Shown here piece after piece: positions 1 to 10,456 of a stretch of 64,000 nt of DNA. Both the position numbers and the translations under genes were made by a program. How positions within the stretch are numbered: the stretch's first letter is position 1; every line of letters starts with the position of its first letter. Source of the stretch: Halorutilales archaeon Cl-col2-1 (GTDB lineage: Archaea > Halobacteriota > Halobacteria > Halobacteriales > Afararchaeaceae); assembly GCA_041891055.1 (NCBI GenBank), contig CP169074.1:736001-800000 (forward strand). The letters are read 5' to 3'. A model generated the notes under the pieces. That model was not told where the DNA came from. It saw nothing but the letters and a program-made list of their open reading frames with translations, and did not search any database.

Positions 1-567
1 GCCGACTATGGGGTCGAGTACGGGAAACCCTGCCCATATCCCGGCGACTCCGACGAGAACGACGCCCGAGGTATATATGTCGTTGAGACAGTCCTTCGCG
101 AGGGCATCGAGACTCGGCGATCCGATCCTCTCGGCAATACGTCTCGTGTACCAGAAGACGAATCCCATGTTGATTAGGGAGAAGATGAGACCCGCGATGA
201 GAAAGGGGCTGAAGGAAGCATCGACGCCGCCGAGTATCTTGTGGACGTTGTCGTAGAGGAGCAAGCCGCCGAGTGCGACTATCACACCGCCGACGAAGAG
301 TGCGGTGAGAGGCTCTACACGTTCGTGACCGTGGGGATGGCTCTCGTCTGGCTCCACGAATGAGAGACGTCCCCAGACTAAGACGACGAGGCTTGCGACG
401 AGGTCGGCGACCGAGTGGGCGGCGTCGGCTACGAGTGCCATACTCCCGAAGAGGAGTCCGACGCTACCTTCGACGAGTATCTTGACGAGGTTACCTCCCA
501 CGTTGAGATACGACGCCCTCATGAAATCCGACTCGTCGCTCCGGGCGTCGCCGTCGGTCTGGCTCAT
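1..567 (-). CDS. Cation diffusion facilitator (CDF) transporter, runs off the window edge
   Basis: Not in the ORF track; manual translation from ATG at 567 gives MSQTDGDARS...SMALVADAAHSVADL...PDESHPHGHERVEPL...DCLND, matching CDF TM2 HxxxD and the HPxGH loop. Confidence 0.9.
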   Translation of the reverse strand, partial: MSQTDGDARSDESDFMRASYLNVGGNLVKILVEGSVGLLFGSMALVADAAHSVADLVASLVVLVWGRLSFVEPDESHPHGHERVEPLTALFVGGVIVALGGLLLYDNVHKILGGVDASFSPFLIAGLIFSLINMGFVFWYTRRIAERIGSPSLDALAKDCLNDIYTSGVVLVGVAGIWAGFPVLDPIVG

Positions 568-610
568 AATGAGAAAGTAGAGTCTCTTGTGTAATCCGTC
601 TTGCGTTAGG

Positions 611-958
611 CTACTCGACCCTGCGCCCCGATCTCTTCCATCCCTTTATGCCACCTTTGAGACTCACGGCGTCGTATCCCTTCTTCGACAGACTCCTCGC
701 CGTGCCCGCGCTTCTCATTCCCGACCTGCAGTATAATATGACACCCTCTTTCCCTTCGTCTCTCAAGCCGTCGGCTACCTCGTCGACTTCTCGCATCGAG
801 ACCGTCTCATCGGTTCCTGGTATCTGTTCGTCGGCGTTTCCGCGGACGTCTACGACGTAGTAGTCGCCCGACTCGATCATCTCCTCCGCGTCGTTGGGAT
901 CTGCGGTCTCGTACCCCTGGAGACCGAGTACCTCCAAGAGCTTAGCTACTAAGACCAT
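611..958 (-). CDS. Rhodanese-like domain protein
   Basis: VVDVR, active-site loop YCRSGMRS, C-terminal LKGGIKGW. Confidence 0.9.
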   Translation of the reverse strand: MVLVAKLLEVLGLQGYETADPNDAEEMIESGDYYVVDVRGNADEQIPGTDETVSMREVDEVADGLRDEGKEGVILYCRSGMRSAGTARSLSKKGYDAVSLKGGIKGWKRSGRRVE

Positions 959-964
959 CCCTCA

Positions 965-1567
965 CTACCCCGACGCCTGTCTGACCTGTTCACGGCAGCC
1001 TTCGAGCTTGTCGTGGCGCGGAGGCGAGTAGAGATTTCCCTTATCTTCGTAGACGTAGTCGGCGAAGTCGCCGACGTCCTCAACGCTGAACCAGTAGTTC
1101 CCCGACGACGCCCTCTCGATATGTCCCGTCTCGAACTCGGGCTCTATAATGTCCTGTATAGTCGTCGTGAGACGGTGGGAAGGCGTCGAGAACGAGACAC
1201 CGAGGCTCTTCGTCGACTTCTTGTAACAGATAGTACCGCACGACTCTAGGAGACCCCTGAGCGACTCCCTCTCGTAACCCTTCTTGACGAAGCTCTTGAG
1301 CCTCTGAATGTCGTCGTGGAACTCGTTGTCTGCCTCCGCCGAGACTTCGTAGACACGTTCCTCACCCTCGACGTCCCTGTGGGCGTTCTCGCGCTCCCTC
1401 GTGACCGGAGCAGTCTCGCCTCCGAGTATCCCGGATAGCTTCTCGGCGGTCTCCTTGTGTTTGACCTCGAACTCAATCCCTCCGTCTTCGACACCGCGGC
1501 TTCCGACGGTGTACGCCCAAGCCCACGCGTACTCCCTCTCGGATACCTCTTCTTTCTGAGTGCTCAT
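965..1567 (-). CDS. Conserved haloarchaeal protein with a degenerate LAGLIDADG/WhiA-like fold
   Basis: Two LAGLIDADG-like helices (YAWAWAYTVGSRG and LRGLLESCGTI), then GVSF strand and SSGNYWF; canonical acidic catalytic residues are altered. Confidence 0.6.
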   Translation of the reverse strand: MSTQKEEVSEREYAWAWAYTVGSRGVEDGGIEFEVKHKETAEKLSGILGGETAPVTRERENAHRDVEGEERVYEVSAEADNEFHDDIQRLKSFVKKGYERESLRGLLESCGTICYKKSTKSLGVSFSTPSHRLTTTIQDIIEPEFETGHIERASSGNYWFSVEDVGDFADYVYEDKGNLYSPPRHDKLEGCREQVRQASG

Positions 1568-1591
1568 ACCTCAGACTGATCCCGAGACGAC

Positions 1592-2509
1592 TTAATATTT
1601 AGTAAGTTCGTCTGCCTCTACGTAGATCCTGTTCGCCTCGGGGACTGTCTCCCGTATTAGTGACTCTATCTCGTCGACTGCGGTCTCTATCTCCGAGGTA
1701 TCCATCGAGTCGCGGAACTCTACCTCGACGGTGACTAGAACGTCGTCAACCCCCATGTACATCGTCCTGAAATCGACGACCCCAACGATGTCATCGTGTG
1801 TCTCTAACTCTCCGAGTATCTCATCCCTCTCGGAAGACGTGATACCTTCGCCAACTATCAGACCTCTGTTCTCCCACGCGAGTACCGCCGCGAATCCCAT
1901 GAGGAGGAGTCCTATCACGATGCTCGAAGCCGCGTCGTAGAAGACGTTCCGTGTCACTTCGGTGAGGTAGACTCCGGCGAGAGCCACGATTAGTCCGAGT
2001 ATTGCGACGGTATCCTCGGTGAGTGCCGTGATGAGTGTCGCGTCCTTAGTCTGTGTATAAGCCTGGAGAGCGGAGTCGTATCCCTTCTCCTTCATCTCCC
2101 GTCTAAATCCCTTGTAGGCGTTCTGGAGTGCGTAAGCCTCGAAGACGAGTGCGAGTCCGAGAACGACGTAGTTGATCAGGACGTCCGCCTCGTGGTAAGA
2201 CTCGCCGAGTCGGTGAATTCCCTCCATTAGTGACGAGTAGCCCGCGACCCCGAAGAGGACAACCGAGACGACGAAGGCATAGAAGTACTGTTCCTTTCCC
2301 CTGCCGAAAGGGTACTCGGGCGACGTCCCCCTCTCACTCATACGTATTCCGAGGAGTAAGAGAACCTGGTTACCCGTGTCGCTCACCGAGTGGTACGCCT
2401 CCGAGAGCATGCTCGAACTTCCCGTAACCGTCCACGCGCCGAACTTCGCAACGGCTATCAGGAAGTTGGCTACGAGAGCGGCGTATACTACTTTCTTTGT
2501 GGATGCCAC
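1592..2509 (-). CDS. Cation diffusion facilitator transporter (ZnT9-like)
   Basis: SEAYHSVSDTGNQ, YPFGRGKEQYF, EDT motif, C-terminal dimerisation domain; GTG start. Confidence 0.92.
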   Translation of the reverse strand: MASTKKVVYAALVANFLIAVAKFGAWTVTGSSSMLSEAYHSVSDTGNQVLLLLGIRMSERGTSPEYPFGRGKEQYFYAFVVSVVLFGVAGYSSLMEGIHRLGESYHEADVLINYVVLGLALVFEAYALQNAYKGFRREMKEKGYDSALQAYTQTKDATLITALTEDTVAILGLIVALAGVYLTEVTRNVFYDAASSIVIGLLLMGFAAVLAWENRGLIVGEGITSSERDEILGELETHDDIVGVVDFRTMYMGVDDVLVTVEVEFRDSMDTSEIETAVDEIESLIRETVPEANRIYVEADELTKY

Positions 2510-2581
2510 GTCCCTGTGTCAACGACCAAACCCAAAACGTTTTCGAGTCCCCGCGTACGCATTAAGGAAACACAGACTACT

Positions 2582-3124
2582 ATGTTCGAGTCGATCCTCC
2601 CGACAGTCGTAACGGCCATCTGGCTGATGCTTCCCGCCTACATACCTAACAACGCTGCCGTAGTCTTCGGGGGAGGACGCCGTATAGACGCAGGGAGAGA
2701 GTGGAAGGGAAGACGCGTACTCGGAGACGGAAAGACGTGGAGAGGGAGTTTGGGCGGCTTTGTCTCGGGCTTCGTTTTGGCTCTCGTTCTTAACTTCGTC
2801 ACTCTCTCACTCCCGGGACTGAGTCTCCCGGGTTTCAGTCACGGAGCGGCTATCTCACTTCCCCTCGGCGCGGTTCTTGGGGATATTGGAGCTAGCTTCG
2901 TCAAGAGACGTCTCGGACGTGAGAGGGGTGAGTCATTTCCCCTCCTCGACCAGCTAGACTTCGTCGTAGGAGCGTGGGGACTAACAGCCGTCATCGACAC
3001 TGACTGGTTCCTGAGGCTCTTCACATCCGAGATCATCATAGCAGTTCTTATAATTACTCCTCTTCTCCATCTTACGGTAAACGTAGTCGGCTACAAAATG
3101 GGTGTCAAGAACGAACCATGGTAA
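2582..3124 (+). CDS. carS: CDP-archaeol synthase
   Basis: [42 protein letters not shown]; start refined to ATG 2582. Confidence 0.93.
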   Translation: MFESILPTVVTAIWLMLPAYIPNNAAVVFGGGRRIDAGREWKGRRVLGDGKTWRGSLGGFVSGFVLALVLNFVTLSLPGLSLPGFSHGAAISLPLGAVLGDIGASFVKRRLGRERGESFPLLDQLDFVVGAWGLTAVIDTDWFLRLFTSEIIIAVLIITPLLHLTVNVVGYKMGVKNEPW

Positions 3125-3699
3125 GTAATAACACGGAAGACACAGAACCGAAGAAAAGTCTAGTAGACGCACTCCGCGAGTCAGAGGCGGTTCTCTACGG
3201 AGAGTTCGAGCTTTCGAGCGGGAGGACGAGCGACTACTACATAGACAAGTACGTCTTCGAGACAGATCCCGAGGTACTCGACCTCGTCGGCGAGGAGATC
3301 GCACGTAAACTCGGAGAGATGGGGGCGAGCAAGATCGCTGGCGTCGCACTTGGAGCGGTTCCTCTCGCTGCGGTAGCTAGCGTCAAGTCGGGTCTCCCGT
3401 ACGTCATAGCGAGGAAGGAGGCTAAGGAGTACGGCACATCGAACCAGATAGAGGGAGATCTCGAAGACGGCGAGGAAGTCGTCGTAGTCGAGGACATAGT
3501 CACGACTGGTGGGAGTGCTATAGACGCAGTCGAGACTCTCAGAGAGGCGGGTGCCGAGGTCAACGATGTCGTCGTAGTCGTCGACAGACAGGAGGGAGGA
3601 AAGGAAGAGATTGAGTCACACGGTCTGAGACTTCATTCGCTCCTCACCGCCGACGACATACTCGAAGCCGAATCAGAAGGAGACAGAGATGACGAGTAA
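3118..3699 (+). CDS. pyrE: Orotate phosphoribosyltransferase
   Basis: [28 protein letters not shown] motif [11 protein letters not shown]. Confidence 0.95.
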   Translation: MVSNNTEDTEPKKSLVDALRESEAVLYGEFELSSGRTSDYYIDKYVFETDPEVLDLVGEEIARKLGEMGASKIAGVALGAVPLAAVASVKSGLPYVIARKEAKEYGTSNQIEGDLEDGEEVVVVEDIVTTGGSAIDAVETLREAGAEVNDVVVVVDRQEGGKEEIESHGLRLHSLLTADDILEAESEGDRDDE

Positions 3700-4459
3700 G
3701 TTCGAGACTGTACGCAAATTAGTCGAGGACGACGACGAGATAGAGGGCTACCTCGAGGCGCAGAACACGACAGCGGTCAAGCGCCTCGGCTACAACGATC
3801 ACGGCAAGAAACACATAGGAATAGTCCAGGAGAGGACTCTTGATCTAATCCGACTACTCGCGGGGGAAGAGTCAGAGGACGAAGTCGACCTCGGCGTCGA
3901 GGAACACGGGAAGGGTCTGGGGTATGAGGACGCGAAGATCGTTGTATACCTCGCCGCGACACTCCACGACGTTGGACACGTCGTCCACCGTGACAGACAT
4001 CCCTACTACTCCGTGGATCTCGCCGACGGGATAATCGACAGCGTACTCGACGAAGCTGACGTCTACTCGGAGAAGCAGAAGATAGCGGTCAAGGGCGACG
4101 TCCTCCACGCGATACTCTGCCACCACACAGAGGAGTCACCCCTCACAGCTGAGGCGGGTATAGTCAGGGTCGCTGACGCCCTCGACATGGAGATGGGGAG
4201 GTCTCGTCTGCCTTACGAGAAGGGAAGACGAGGTATCGACACCGTGTCGTCACAGGCTGTGAAGGAGGTACGTCTTCTCGACGGAAGAGACGAACACGGC
4301 GTTCCCGTGTTGATAGAGATCGACCTTCGAAACTCTGCGGGGATATACCAGGTCGACTCACTCCTGAGGGCGAAGGTCGAGGACAGCGGGATCAAGAGCC
4401 AGATACGTATAGTAGCCGTGAACGAGGGCGACGACATAGTCGGAAAGATAGAGTTCTAA
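3689..4459 (+). CDS. HD-domain phosphohydrolase
   Basis: NDHGKKH, LHDVGH, HH, ADALD motifs. Confidence 0.88.
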   Translation: MTSKFETVRKLVEDDDEIEGYLEAQNTTAVKRLGYNDHGKKHIGIVQERTLDLIRLLAGEESEDEVDLGVEEHGKGLGYEDAKIVVYLAATLHDVGHVVHRDRHPYYSVDLADGIIDSVLDEADVYSEKQKIAVKGDVLHAILCHHTEESPLTAEAGIVRVADALDMEMGRSRLPYEKGRRGIDTVSSQAVKEVRLLDGRDEHGVPVLIEIDLRNSAGIYQVDSLLRAKVEDSGIKSQIRIVAVNEGDDIVGKIEF

Positions 4460-4488
4460 GAGAACGACTAACAACAGAGACAAGACAG

Positions 4489-6558
4489 ATGATACTCTCA
4501 GACCGCGACATACGTAAGAGACTCGAAGAAGGCGATCTATCCATAGAGCCGCTCGAAGACCCCGACCTTCAGATACAGCCAGCGAGCGTCGACATGCGCC
4601 TCGGGAACGAGTTCCTCGAGTTCCAGCGCTCGAACATACCGTGTATACATCCCCAGAGCGAGGAGGAGACCGACGCCTATACTCGGAGGAAGGTCGTCGA
4701 AGACGGCGATTCGTACATACTCCATCCGGGTGACTTTGTCCTCGGGACGACCTACGAGAGGGTCGAGATACCCGACGACCTCGTCGCACGTGTCGAGGGT
4801 CGTTCGAGTCTGGGGAGGCTTGCAGTCGTAGTACACGCCTCGCTACCTTACGACGAGGAGGTGTTGATCTGGACACCCGACGACGGGTTCGGATTCCACG
4901 AGATAGGCGAAGTCGTCGAAGACGAGAAAGAAGCACGCGCGGTCTCGTTCGACCCCGAGAATCTGAGGGTCAGTACCCACGAGATCACCGACTACATAAC
5001 CAACCCCAGAAAGGATATATACCGCGTGAGACTTGAATCCGGACGTGAGGTCAGGGTAACAGAGGATCACAACCTCTTCACGCTCGACTCAGAGGGTAAG
5101 GTCGACAGGATAGAAACCGAAGACGCCGAGGGTGAACTCGTGGCAGTCCCTCATAAGCTTCCCGAGCCCGTAGTCGATGAGACCGAAGTCGACCTCGTGG
5201 AGCTTCTCGACGGCTCTGAGGACATAATCGCGTACGCATCCGACGGCAAAGGCAGAGGCAAAGGCAAGAATCAAGGATTTACGGATGTCGACTGGGAGGG
5301 CATCGGACGGTCTACGAGACGCCATTACGAGGGACGTAACAGCGCGCCCCTGAGAAGGGTTAGCCCTGCCGAAGCGCGTGACTCCGACGTAGATCTGTGC
5401 TTCAAACAGAGTGACTTCAAGCTACCCGACACAGTACCCGTGACAGCCGAGTTCGGCTGGGTTCTCGGCTTCTACATAGCTGAGGGGTACGCGAGGAGAA
5501 AACACGTCGTCTTCACCAACAAGAACGAGGAATACCTCGACAGGGTCGAGTCATGGTTCGAGGAGTACGGCACGACTATCTCACGGAACTGTGACGACAG
5601 GGGTGTACGACAGCTTACGGTATCCTCGGCTCTCTGGTCAGAGATCTTCCGACGTCTCGCCGACGAAGGCAGCGACAAGAACATACCAGACGAAGCCTGG
5701 AACTGGTCCGACGATGTACTCGAATCCCTTCTCGAAGGTCTGATTGACGGAGACGGACACAGACGTGAATCGCGGGAGACCTTCTACACCTTTAACGAGG
5801 ATCTCGCGTACAACGTCGTCCACCTCGCGTCACGTCTCGGAAAACTGTCTTCTGTCTACTCAAGAGAGCGCGAGACGGGAACAGAATGGAACGTCGACGT
5901 CTCCGAAGACGCTCACAAGAAGGGGCAGTACGTTCCAAACGTCGACGGACTTCTGAGAGAGTACAGACATGAAGCCGGTATGGGTATGAAAGAGGTAGCC
6001 GAGAAGGTAGGCTGGTCGTCGAAGTCGAGCGTGTCGAACCTCGAAAACTGTGAGTACAGCTCCGTGAAACGTGGGACTCTCCGGAAGCTACGCGAGGTAT
6101 ACGCCGACGAGGATGTCGAGACACGACGTTTAGACAGTATACTCGACGGCGGAGTCAGGTTCGAACGCGTCGAGTCGGTCGAGAAAACCGGCGATCGCGA
6201 GGTTACTTACGACCTCGAAGTACAGCCCAACGGAAGGTGTATCGAGAACTTCATCGGCGGACGCGGAGGTGTCTTCCTGTCGAACACAGCCGGCTTCATA
6301 GATCCGGGTTACGAGGGACAGATCACCCTAGAGCTCTCGAACCTCGGAACCGCGCCTGTCGCTCTACGTCCGAAGGAGATGCGTATCTCACAGGTCGTAT
6401 TCACCGAACTCTCGTCACGTGCGGAGCTTCCGTACGGAGAGGAGAGAGGCTCGAAGTACCAGAACCAGGAGGGTCCGACCGCGAGCCGTATACAGAGCGA
6501 CGCCGAGTGGGAGACGGAGTCGGACGAAGGTACCGAGGTCGACGACGACGAACGATAG
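4489..6558 (+). CDS. dcd: dCTP deaminase containing an intein (about 207 aa mature)
   Basis: [21 protein letters not shown]...HA | [22 protein letters not shown]; interrupted by a 482-aa insert. Confidence 0.95.
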   Translation: MILSDRDIRKRLEEGDLSIEPLEDPDLQIQPASVDMRLGNEFLEFQRSNIPCIHPQSEEETDAYTRRKVVEDGDSYILHPGDFVLGTTYERVEIPDDLVARVEGRSSLGRLAVVVHASLPYDEEVLIWTPDDGFGFHEIGEVVEDEKEARAVSFDPENLRVSTHEITDYITNPRKDIYRVRLESGREVRVTEDHNLFTLDSEGKVDRIETEDAEGELVAVPHKLPEPVVDETEVDLVELLDGSEDIIAYASDGKGRGKGKNQGFTDVDWEGIGRSTRRHYEGRNSAPLRRVSPAEARDSDVDLCFKQSDFKLPDTVPVTAEFGWVLGFYIAEGYARRKHVVFTNKNEEYLDRVESWFEEYGTTISRNCDDRGVRQLTVSSALWSEIFRRLADEGSDKNIPDEAWNWSDDVLESLLEGLIDGDGHRRESRETFYTFNEDLAYNVVHLASRLGKLSSVYSRERETGTEWNVDVSEDAHKKGQYVPNVDGLLREYRHEAGMGMKEVAEKVGWSSKSSVSNLENCEYSSVKRGTLRKLREVYADEDVETRRLDSILDGGVRFERVESVEKTGDREVTYDLEVQPNGRCIENFIGGRGGVFLSNTAGFIDPGYEGQITLELSNLGTAPVALRPKEMRISQVVFTELSSRAELPYGEERGSKYQNQEGPTASRIQSDAEWETESDEGTEVDDDER
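4840..6285 (+). mobile_element. Intein in Dcd with LAGLIDADG homing endonuclease and XRE-type HTH
   Basis: Starts SLPYDEEV; block B VTEDHNLF; LGFYIAEG and LEGLIDGDG; block F VTYDLEV; ends FLSN before Thr+1. Removal restores HA-TAG. Confidence 0.92.
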
Positions 6559-6589
6559 TATAATTTGGCTCCGCGTCCTACCCATACAT

Positions 6590-6886
6590 ATGACTGAAGT
6601 TAGGTGGGAAGACGTTCTTGAGCTTCCTGACGAGGTCGACGACGAGACAGCCGAGGAGCTATACGAGGAGGCTGACACGAAGCAGGATATGATGGGGGAG
6701 ACGTGTCCGTATCCTCAGCTTGAGGCGAAGAAGGCTGTCGACGAGATGGAGGAAGGAGAGCTTCTCGTCCAGGAGACCGACCATGTCCCGAGCGCCGAGA
6801 ACGTCCCGAACGCAGTTGAGGACGACGCCGAGGCAAAAGTCTGGAGCGACGGCGGAACCTACAGGATATTCCTCTGGAAGAAGTAA
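6590..6886 (+). CDS. TusA/SirA family sulfurtransferase
   Basis: DMMGETCPYP motif; start refined to ATG 6590. Confidence 0.88.
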   Translation: MTEVRWEDVLELPDEVDDETAEELYEEADTKQDMMGETCPYPQLEAKKAVDEMEEGELLVQETDHVPSAENVPNAVEDDAEAKVWSDGGTYRIFLWKK

Positions 6887-6888
6887 GT

Positions 6889-7209
6889 ATGGTAGAACAG
6901 ATCACCACCGACGAGCTTCACGACAGGATAGAGTCGGGAGAGAAGCCACAGATAATAGACATACGTTCGGAGGAAGAGTACGAAAAGGGACATATCCCCG
7001 ACGCGGAGAACATACCTCTTGACGACCTTCCTCTCAAGATAGGCGAACAGGACTGGGACGACGACGTCGTAGTCGTCTGTAAGATAGGCGAAAGCTCCGT
7101 ACAGGGAGCGCGTCTCATAAAGGCGTACGAAGGGGTTAGTGACGACGCCGAAGTCGCGAGTATGGAGGGCGGAATGGAGGACTGGGAGTACGAGACTGAG
7201 TCTGAGTAG
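6889..7209 (+). CDS. Rhodanese-like domain protein
   Basis: IIDIR...GHIPDA, VCKIGESS, MEGGMEDW. Confidence 0.9.
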   Translation: MVEQITTDELHDRIESGEKPQIIDIRSEEEYEKGHIPDAENIPLDDLPLKIGEQDWDDDVVVVCKIGESSVQGARLIKAYEGVSDDAEVASMEGGMEDWEYETESE

Positions 7210-7277
7210 CCTGTCTTGTCTTGATTTCTGACCCGAAGAACTCAAGTGGAGGACGGCGGTAGAGTATCCAGGAACCA

Positions 7278-7955
7278 ATGGCGCGAAAGGATTACCAAGA
7301 GAGGCTAGACAGTCTTCAGCAGGACGTCCTCTACATGGGGGAAGTTGTCAAGAACCGTCTCGACAAGGGGCTCGACGCTCTTGAGACGAAGGACGACGAC
7401 CTCGCGTGGGAGGTCATAGAGGGTGACAGCGAGGTCAACGATCTCTATCTGGAGATAGAACAGGAGTGTATAGACCTCTTAGCTCTACAACAGCCCGTCG
7501 CGGGTGACCTGCGTTTCATAGTGGCTTCGTTCAAGATAATCACGGATCTCGAACGTATAGGAGACCTCGCCACTAACCTCGGCGACTACGCCCTCGACGC
7601 CGAGAGGTACGTATTCCCCGAGGTCGACATACGTAAGATAGGCGACGACGCCTCGGGGATGGTGAGTCAGGCGATGGAGGCGTACGAGAACGAGGAAACC
7701 GATCTCACCTACGAAATCTCAGAGTACGACGACGGTCTCGACCAGAGGTGTGAAGAAATAAGCAGCGAGATAATACGTAACCTGATCGAGATGGAGACGG
7801 GTGAAGAAGACGAGGAAGACATAGAGAAGACGCTCAACGAGGTCTCACGTCTTCTTCTGACTGTGAGAGACCTCGAACGTGTCGGAGACCACGCCGTCAA
7901 CATAGCCGCGAGGACTCTCTACCTGGTCGAGAACGACGACGAACTCATCTGGTAG
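7278..7955 (+). CDS. phoU: Phosphate signalling protein PhoU
   Basis: QQPVAGDLR, DLERIGDLA and DLERVGDHAVNIA repeats. Confidence 0.95.
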   Translation: MARKDYQERLDSLQQDVLYMGEVVKNRLDKGLDALETKDDDLAWEVIEGDSEVNDLYLEIEQECIDLLALQQPVAGDLRFIVASFKIITDLERIGDLATNLGDYALDAERYVFPEVDIRKIGDDASGMVSQAMEAYENEETDLTYEISEYDDGLDQRCEEISSEIIRNLIEMETGEEDEEDIEKTLNEVSRLLLTVRDLERVGDHAVNIAARTLYLVENDDELIW

Positions 7956-7969
7956 ACATATACATAGAT

Positions 7970-8962
7970 ATGGAGTACGTCGTCCGTGTGCCGAAGGAGG
8001 AGACAGAAAAAGTCATGCGGAAGGCGGAGAAGAAGGGTATCTACGACGACGCGAGAAGCATCAAGAAAGCAGAGACGGAGACGGACGAGGAGGGGAAGAC
8101 CGAGATACCGGTCACCGAGGACGTGAGCGTCGACGGCTACGACGTCGTCGGACAGGACAACCCCGAGTACAGGAAGAAGGATCTCGAAGACCTGACAGAC
8201 GTAGAAGACCCGCCCTCAAGCTGGAAGACCGTAGGCGAGGTGGTTCTCGTGAATCTGGGAGGCTACACGTCAGAGGAAAAGACCGAGATAGGCGAGTCCC
8301 TCCTCGAACTTATGAGCGCGAGGACTGTCCTCGACTACAGGGGTGTGTCGGGTGAGATGAGGGAGCCAGATGTGGGTCTCGTAGCTGGAGACGAAGAGAC
8401 TGAGACTCTCCACCGTGAGAACGGATTCGAGTTCAGGCTCGACCCCTCCGAGGTGATGTTCTCGGTCGGAAACGCCAAGGAGAGGCTGCGTGTACGTGAC
8501 GTAGTCGACGAGGGCGAGACGGTATTCGACATGTTCGCGGGGATCGGCTACTTCTCTGTACCCGCAGCGGTCGGAGGCGCGGAGGTCGTCGCCGCCGAGA
8601 TAAACCCGGTCTCGTGTTCCTACCTCGAAGAAAATGCGCGTCTCAACGGTGTCGAAAGCCGTATCGAGGCTTACAACGAGAACTGTCTCGACGTGACCCC
8701 CGACAGTGACGTCGATAGAGTGCTGATGGGTCATTTCGATGCCGTCTCAGAGGAGTTTATGAGACACGCCCTGTCGTCAGTAGACGGCGAAGGCGTGCTA
8801 CACGTACACGACGCAGTCTACGATCCCGCCGAGACAGAGGAGGAGATACGCAGACTCGTCGAGGCGGAGAGCTACGGTGTCGTCGAGTTCGAGACCACGA
8901 GTATAAAGGGATACTCAGAGGGTGTGTCGCATTACGTCTTCGACGTAGAGGTCGGGATATAG
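7970..8962 (+). CDS. Trm5/Taw2 (Met-10+) family SAM-dependent tRNA-modifying enzyme
   Basis: HRENG, MFSVGNAKER, VFDMFAGIGYF, EINP, DRVLMG. Confidence 0.82.
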   Translation: MEYVVRVPKEETEKVMRKAEKKGIYDDARSIKKAETETDEEGKTEIPVTEDVSVDGYDVVGQDNPEYRKKDLEDLTDVEDPPSSWKTVGEVVLVNLGGYTSEEKTEIGESLLELMSARTVLDYRGVSGEMREPDVGLVAGDEETETLHRENGFEFRLDPSEVMFSVGNAKERLRVRDVVDEGETVFDMFAGIGYFSVPAAVGGAEVVAAEINPVSCSYLEENARLNGVESRIEAYNENCLDVTPDSDVDRVLMGHFDAVSEEFMRHALSSVDGEGVLHVHDAVYDPAETEEEIRRLVEAESYGVVEFETTSIKGYSEGVSHYVFDVEVGI

Positions 8963-9026
8963 GAGCCATCCCACACGGTACCAGCGCCAGTTATAAGGTG
9001 CCGCTCCGTGAATCTCAGTCAGTCCC

Positions 9027-9674
9027 ATGGCTGCTTGGATAGAGGTCATAACGACGGCGTTCTTTCTCCAGTTAATGTCCCTCCCTGGAGAGAAAGGACA
9101 GATAGTCATAGCAGGTCTAGCGACGAAGTACAGCCCGTGGATGGTCGTCGCAGGTGCAAGTACGGCGTTTGGGGGGTGGACAGTTCTCGAAATACTCCTC
9201 GGTAACGCGCTCAAAGGGGCTCTTCCGGAGGTCTACCTCGACGGAGCGACCGCCGCACTCTTCTTCATATTCGCGTTCTGGATACTCTACACGTCGCCGG
9301 GGAGCGGAAAGAGAGAAGTCACCGACGGAGGATCGGATACCAAGGAAGAAAGACAACCGGAACTTCCCGAGGAGGAGAGGTTCTACGGCTTTATCCCATC
9401 ATTCTCGATGATGGCAGTCGGAGAGTTCGGCGATAAGACACAGATAATCACGATAGGTCTCGCGGCTACCTACGGCGCACATCCCGGAATCTGGGTAGGC
9501 GAGATGCTCGCCATAATTCCCGTGAGTGCTGCGAACGCCTACTTCTTCAACAGGGCGTCACACCGTATAAACCAGAGATGGTTCCATCTCATCTCTGCGG
9601 GAATCTTCCTCCTCTTCGCATTCGACACCACAGCGAAGTACGCGATAGGCAGGTCTTTCCTCCCAATCGGCTGA
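9027..9674 (+). CDS. TMEM165/GDT1 (UPF0016) family cation transporter
   Basis: LPGEKGQ and GEFGDKTQ repeats; hydrophobic. Confidence 0.88.
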   Translation: MAAWIEVITTAFFLQLMSLPGEKGQIVIAGLATKYSPWMVVAGASTAFGGWTVLEILLGNALKGALPEVYLDGATAALFFIFAFWILYTSPGSGKREVTDGGSDTKEERQPELPEEERFYGFIPSFSMMAVGEFGDKTQIITIGLAATYGAHPGIWVGEMLAIIPVSAANAYFFNRASHRINQRWFHLISAGIFLLFAFDTTAKYAIGRSFLPIG

Positions 9675-9727
9675 CGCCACGGTACGGTACAGTACATTTA
9701 TCTTGATCTCGATCCCATAATCAGAGT

Positions 9728-10456
9728 ATGACTAGTCTCGAAGGACAGACGGTTCTCGTGACGGGTGCGAGCAAGGGAATGGGTAGAGAGATGGCTCTGC
9801 GTTTTGCCGACGAGGGGGCGAAGGTAGTCCTCGTAGCGAGGGATGGAGACGAACTCGACGACGTCGCGCAGGAGGCGAATGGCGAGACCCTCGTGGCTAC
9901 CGCAGACGTCCGAAACCCGCAGGAGGTCGAGGCGACAGTAGACGTAGCACTCGATGAGTTCGGAAGTATAGACACACTCGTCAACAACGCGGGTGTGGGA
10001 CTCCTCAGCCTCTACGACGAGAGAAAAGACCTCGTCGATGTCTCCGAGGAGGACTGGGACACAGTGATAGAGACCAACCTCAAGGGCGTCTTCCTCTTCA
10101 CCAAGTACGTCCTTCCGAGTATGGAAAGCGGCGGCAACATCATAAACATCTCGTCGGGTCTCGGGAGAAAAGCCGCTGAGGGCTGGTCGCCCTACGTAAC
10201 CTCGAAATGGGGTCTCGAAGGACTCACGAGGACGGTCGCACTCGAAGTCGAGGACGACGGTGTCAACGTAAACGGACTATACCCCGGAGGCAGAGTCGAG
10301 ACGGGATTCTGGAAACATCTCCCCGGGGAAGAACGTGACGAGATACTTCCGCCTGACGTCATGAACGACGCCGCTGTCCTGCTAGCTCAGCAGGACGAAA
10401 ACGGGGTCACAGGAGAGTCTATCTCCGCAGACGACTGGGAGGAGAGGCTCGGATGA
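9728..10456 (+). CDS. Short-chain dehydrogenase/reductase
   Basis: TGASKGMG, NNAG, YVTSK. Confidence 0.93.
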   Translation: MTSLEGQTVLVTGASKGMGREMALRFADEGAKVVLVARDGDELDDVAQEANGETLVATADVRNPQEVEATVDVALDEFGSIDTLVNNAGVGLLSLYDERKDLVDVSEEDWDTVIETNLKGVFLFTKYVLPSMESGGNIINISSGLGRKAAEGWSPYVTSKWGLEGLTRTVALEVEDDGVNVNGLYPGGRVETGFWKHLPGEERDEILPPDVMNDAAVLLAQQDENGVTGESISADDWEERLG

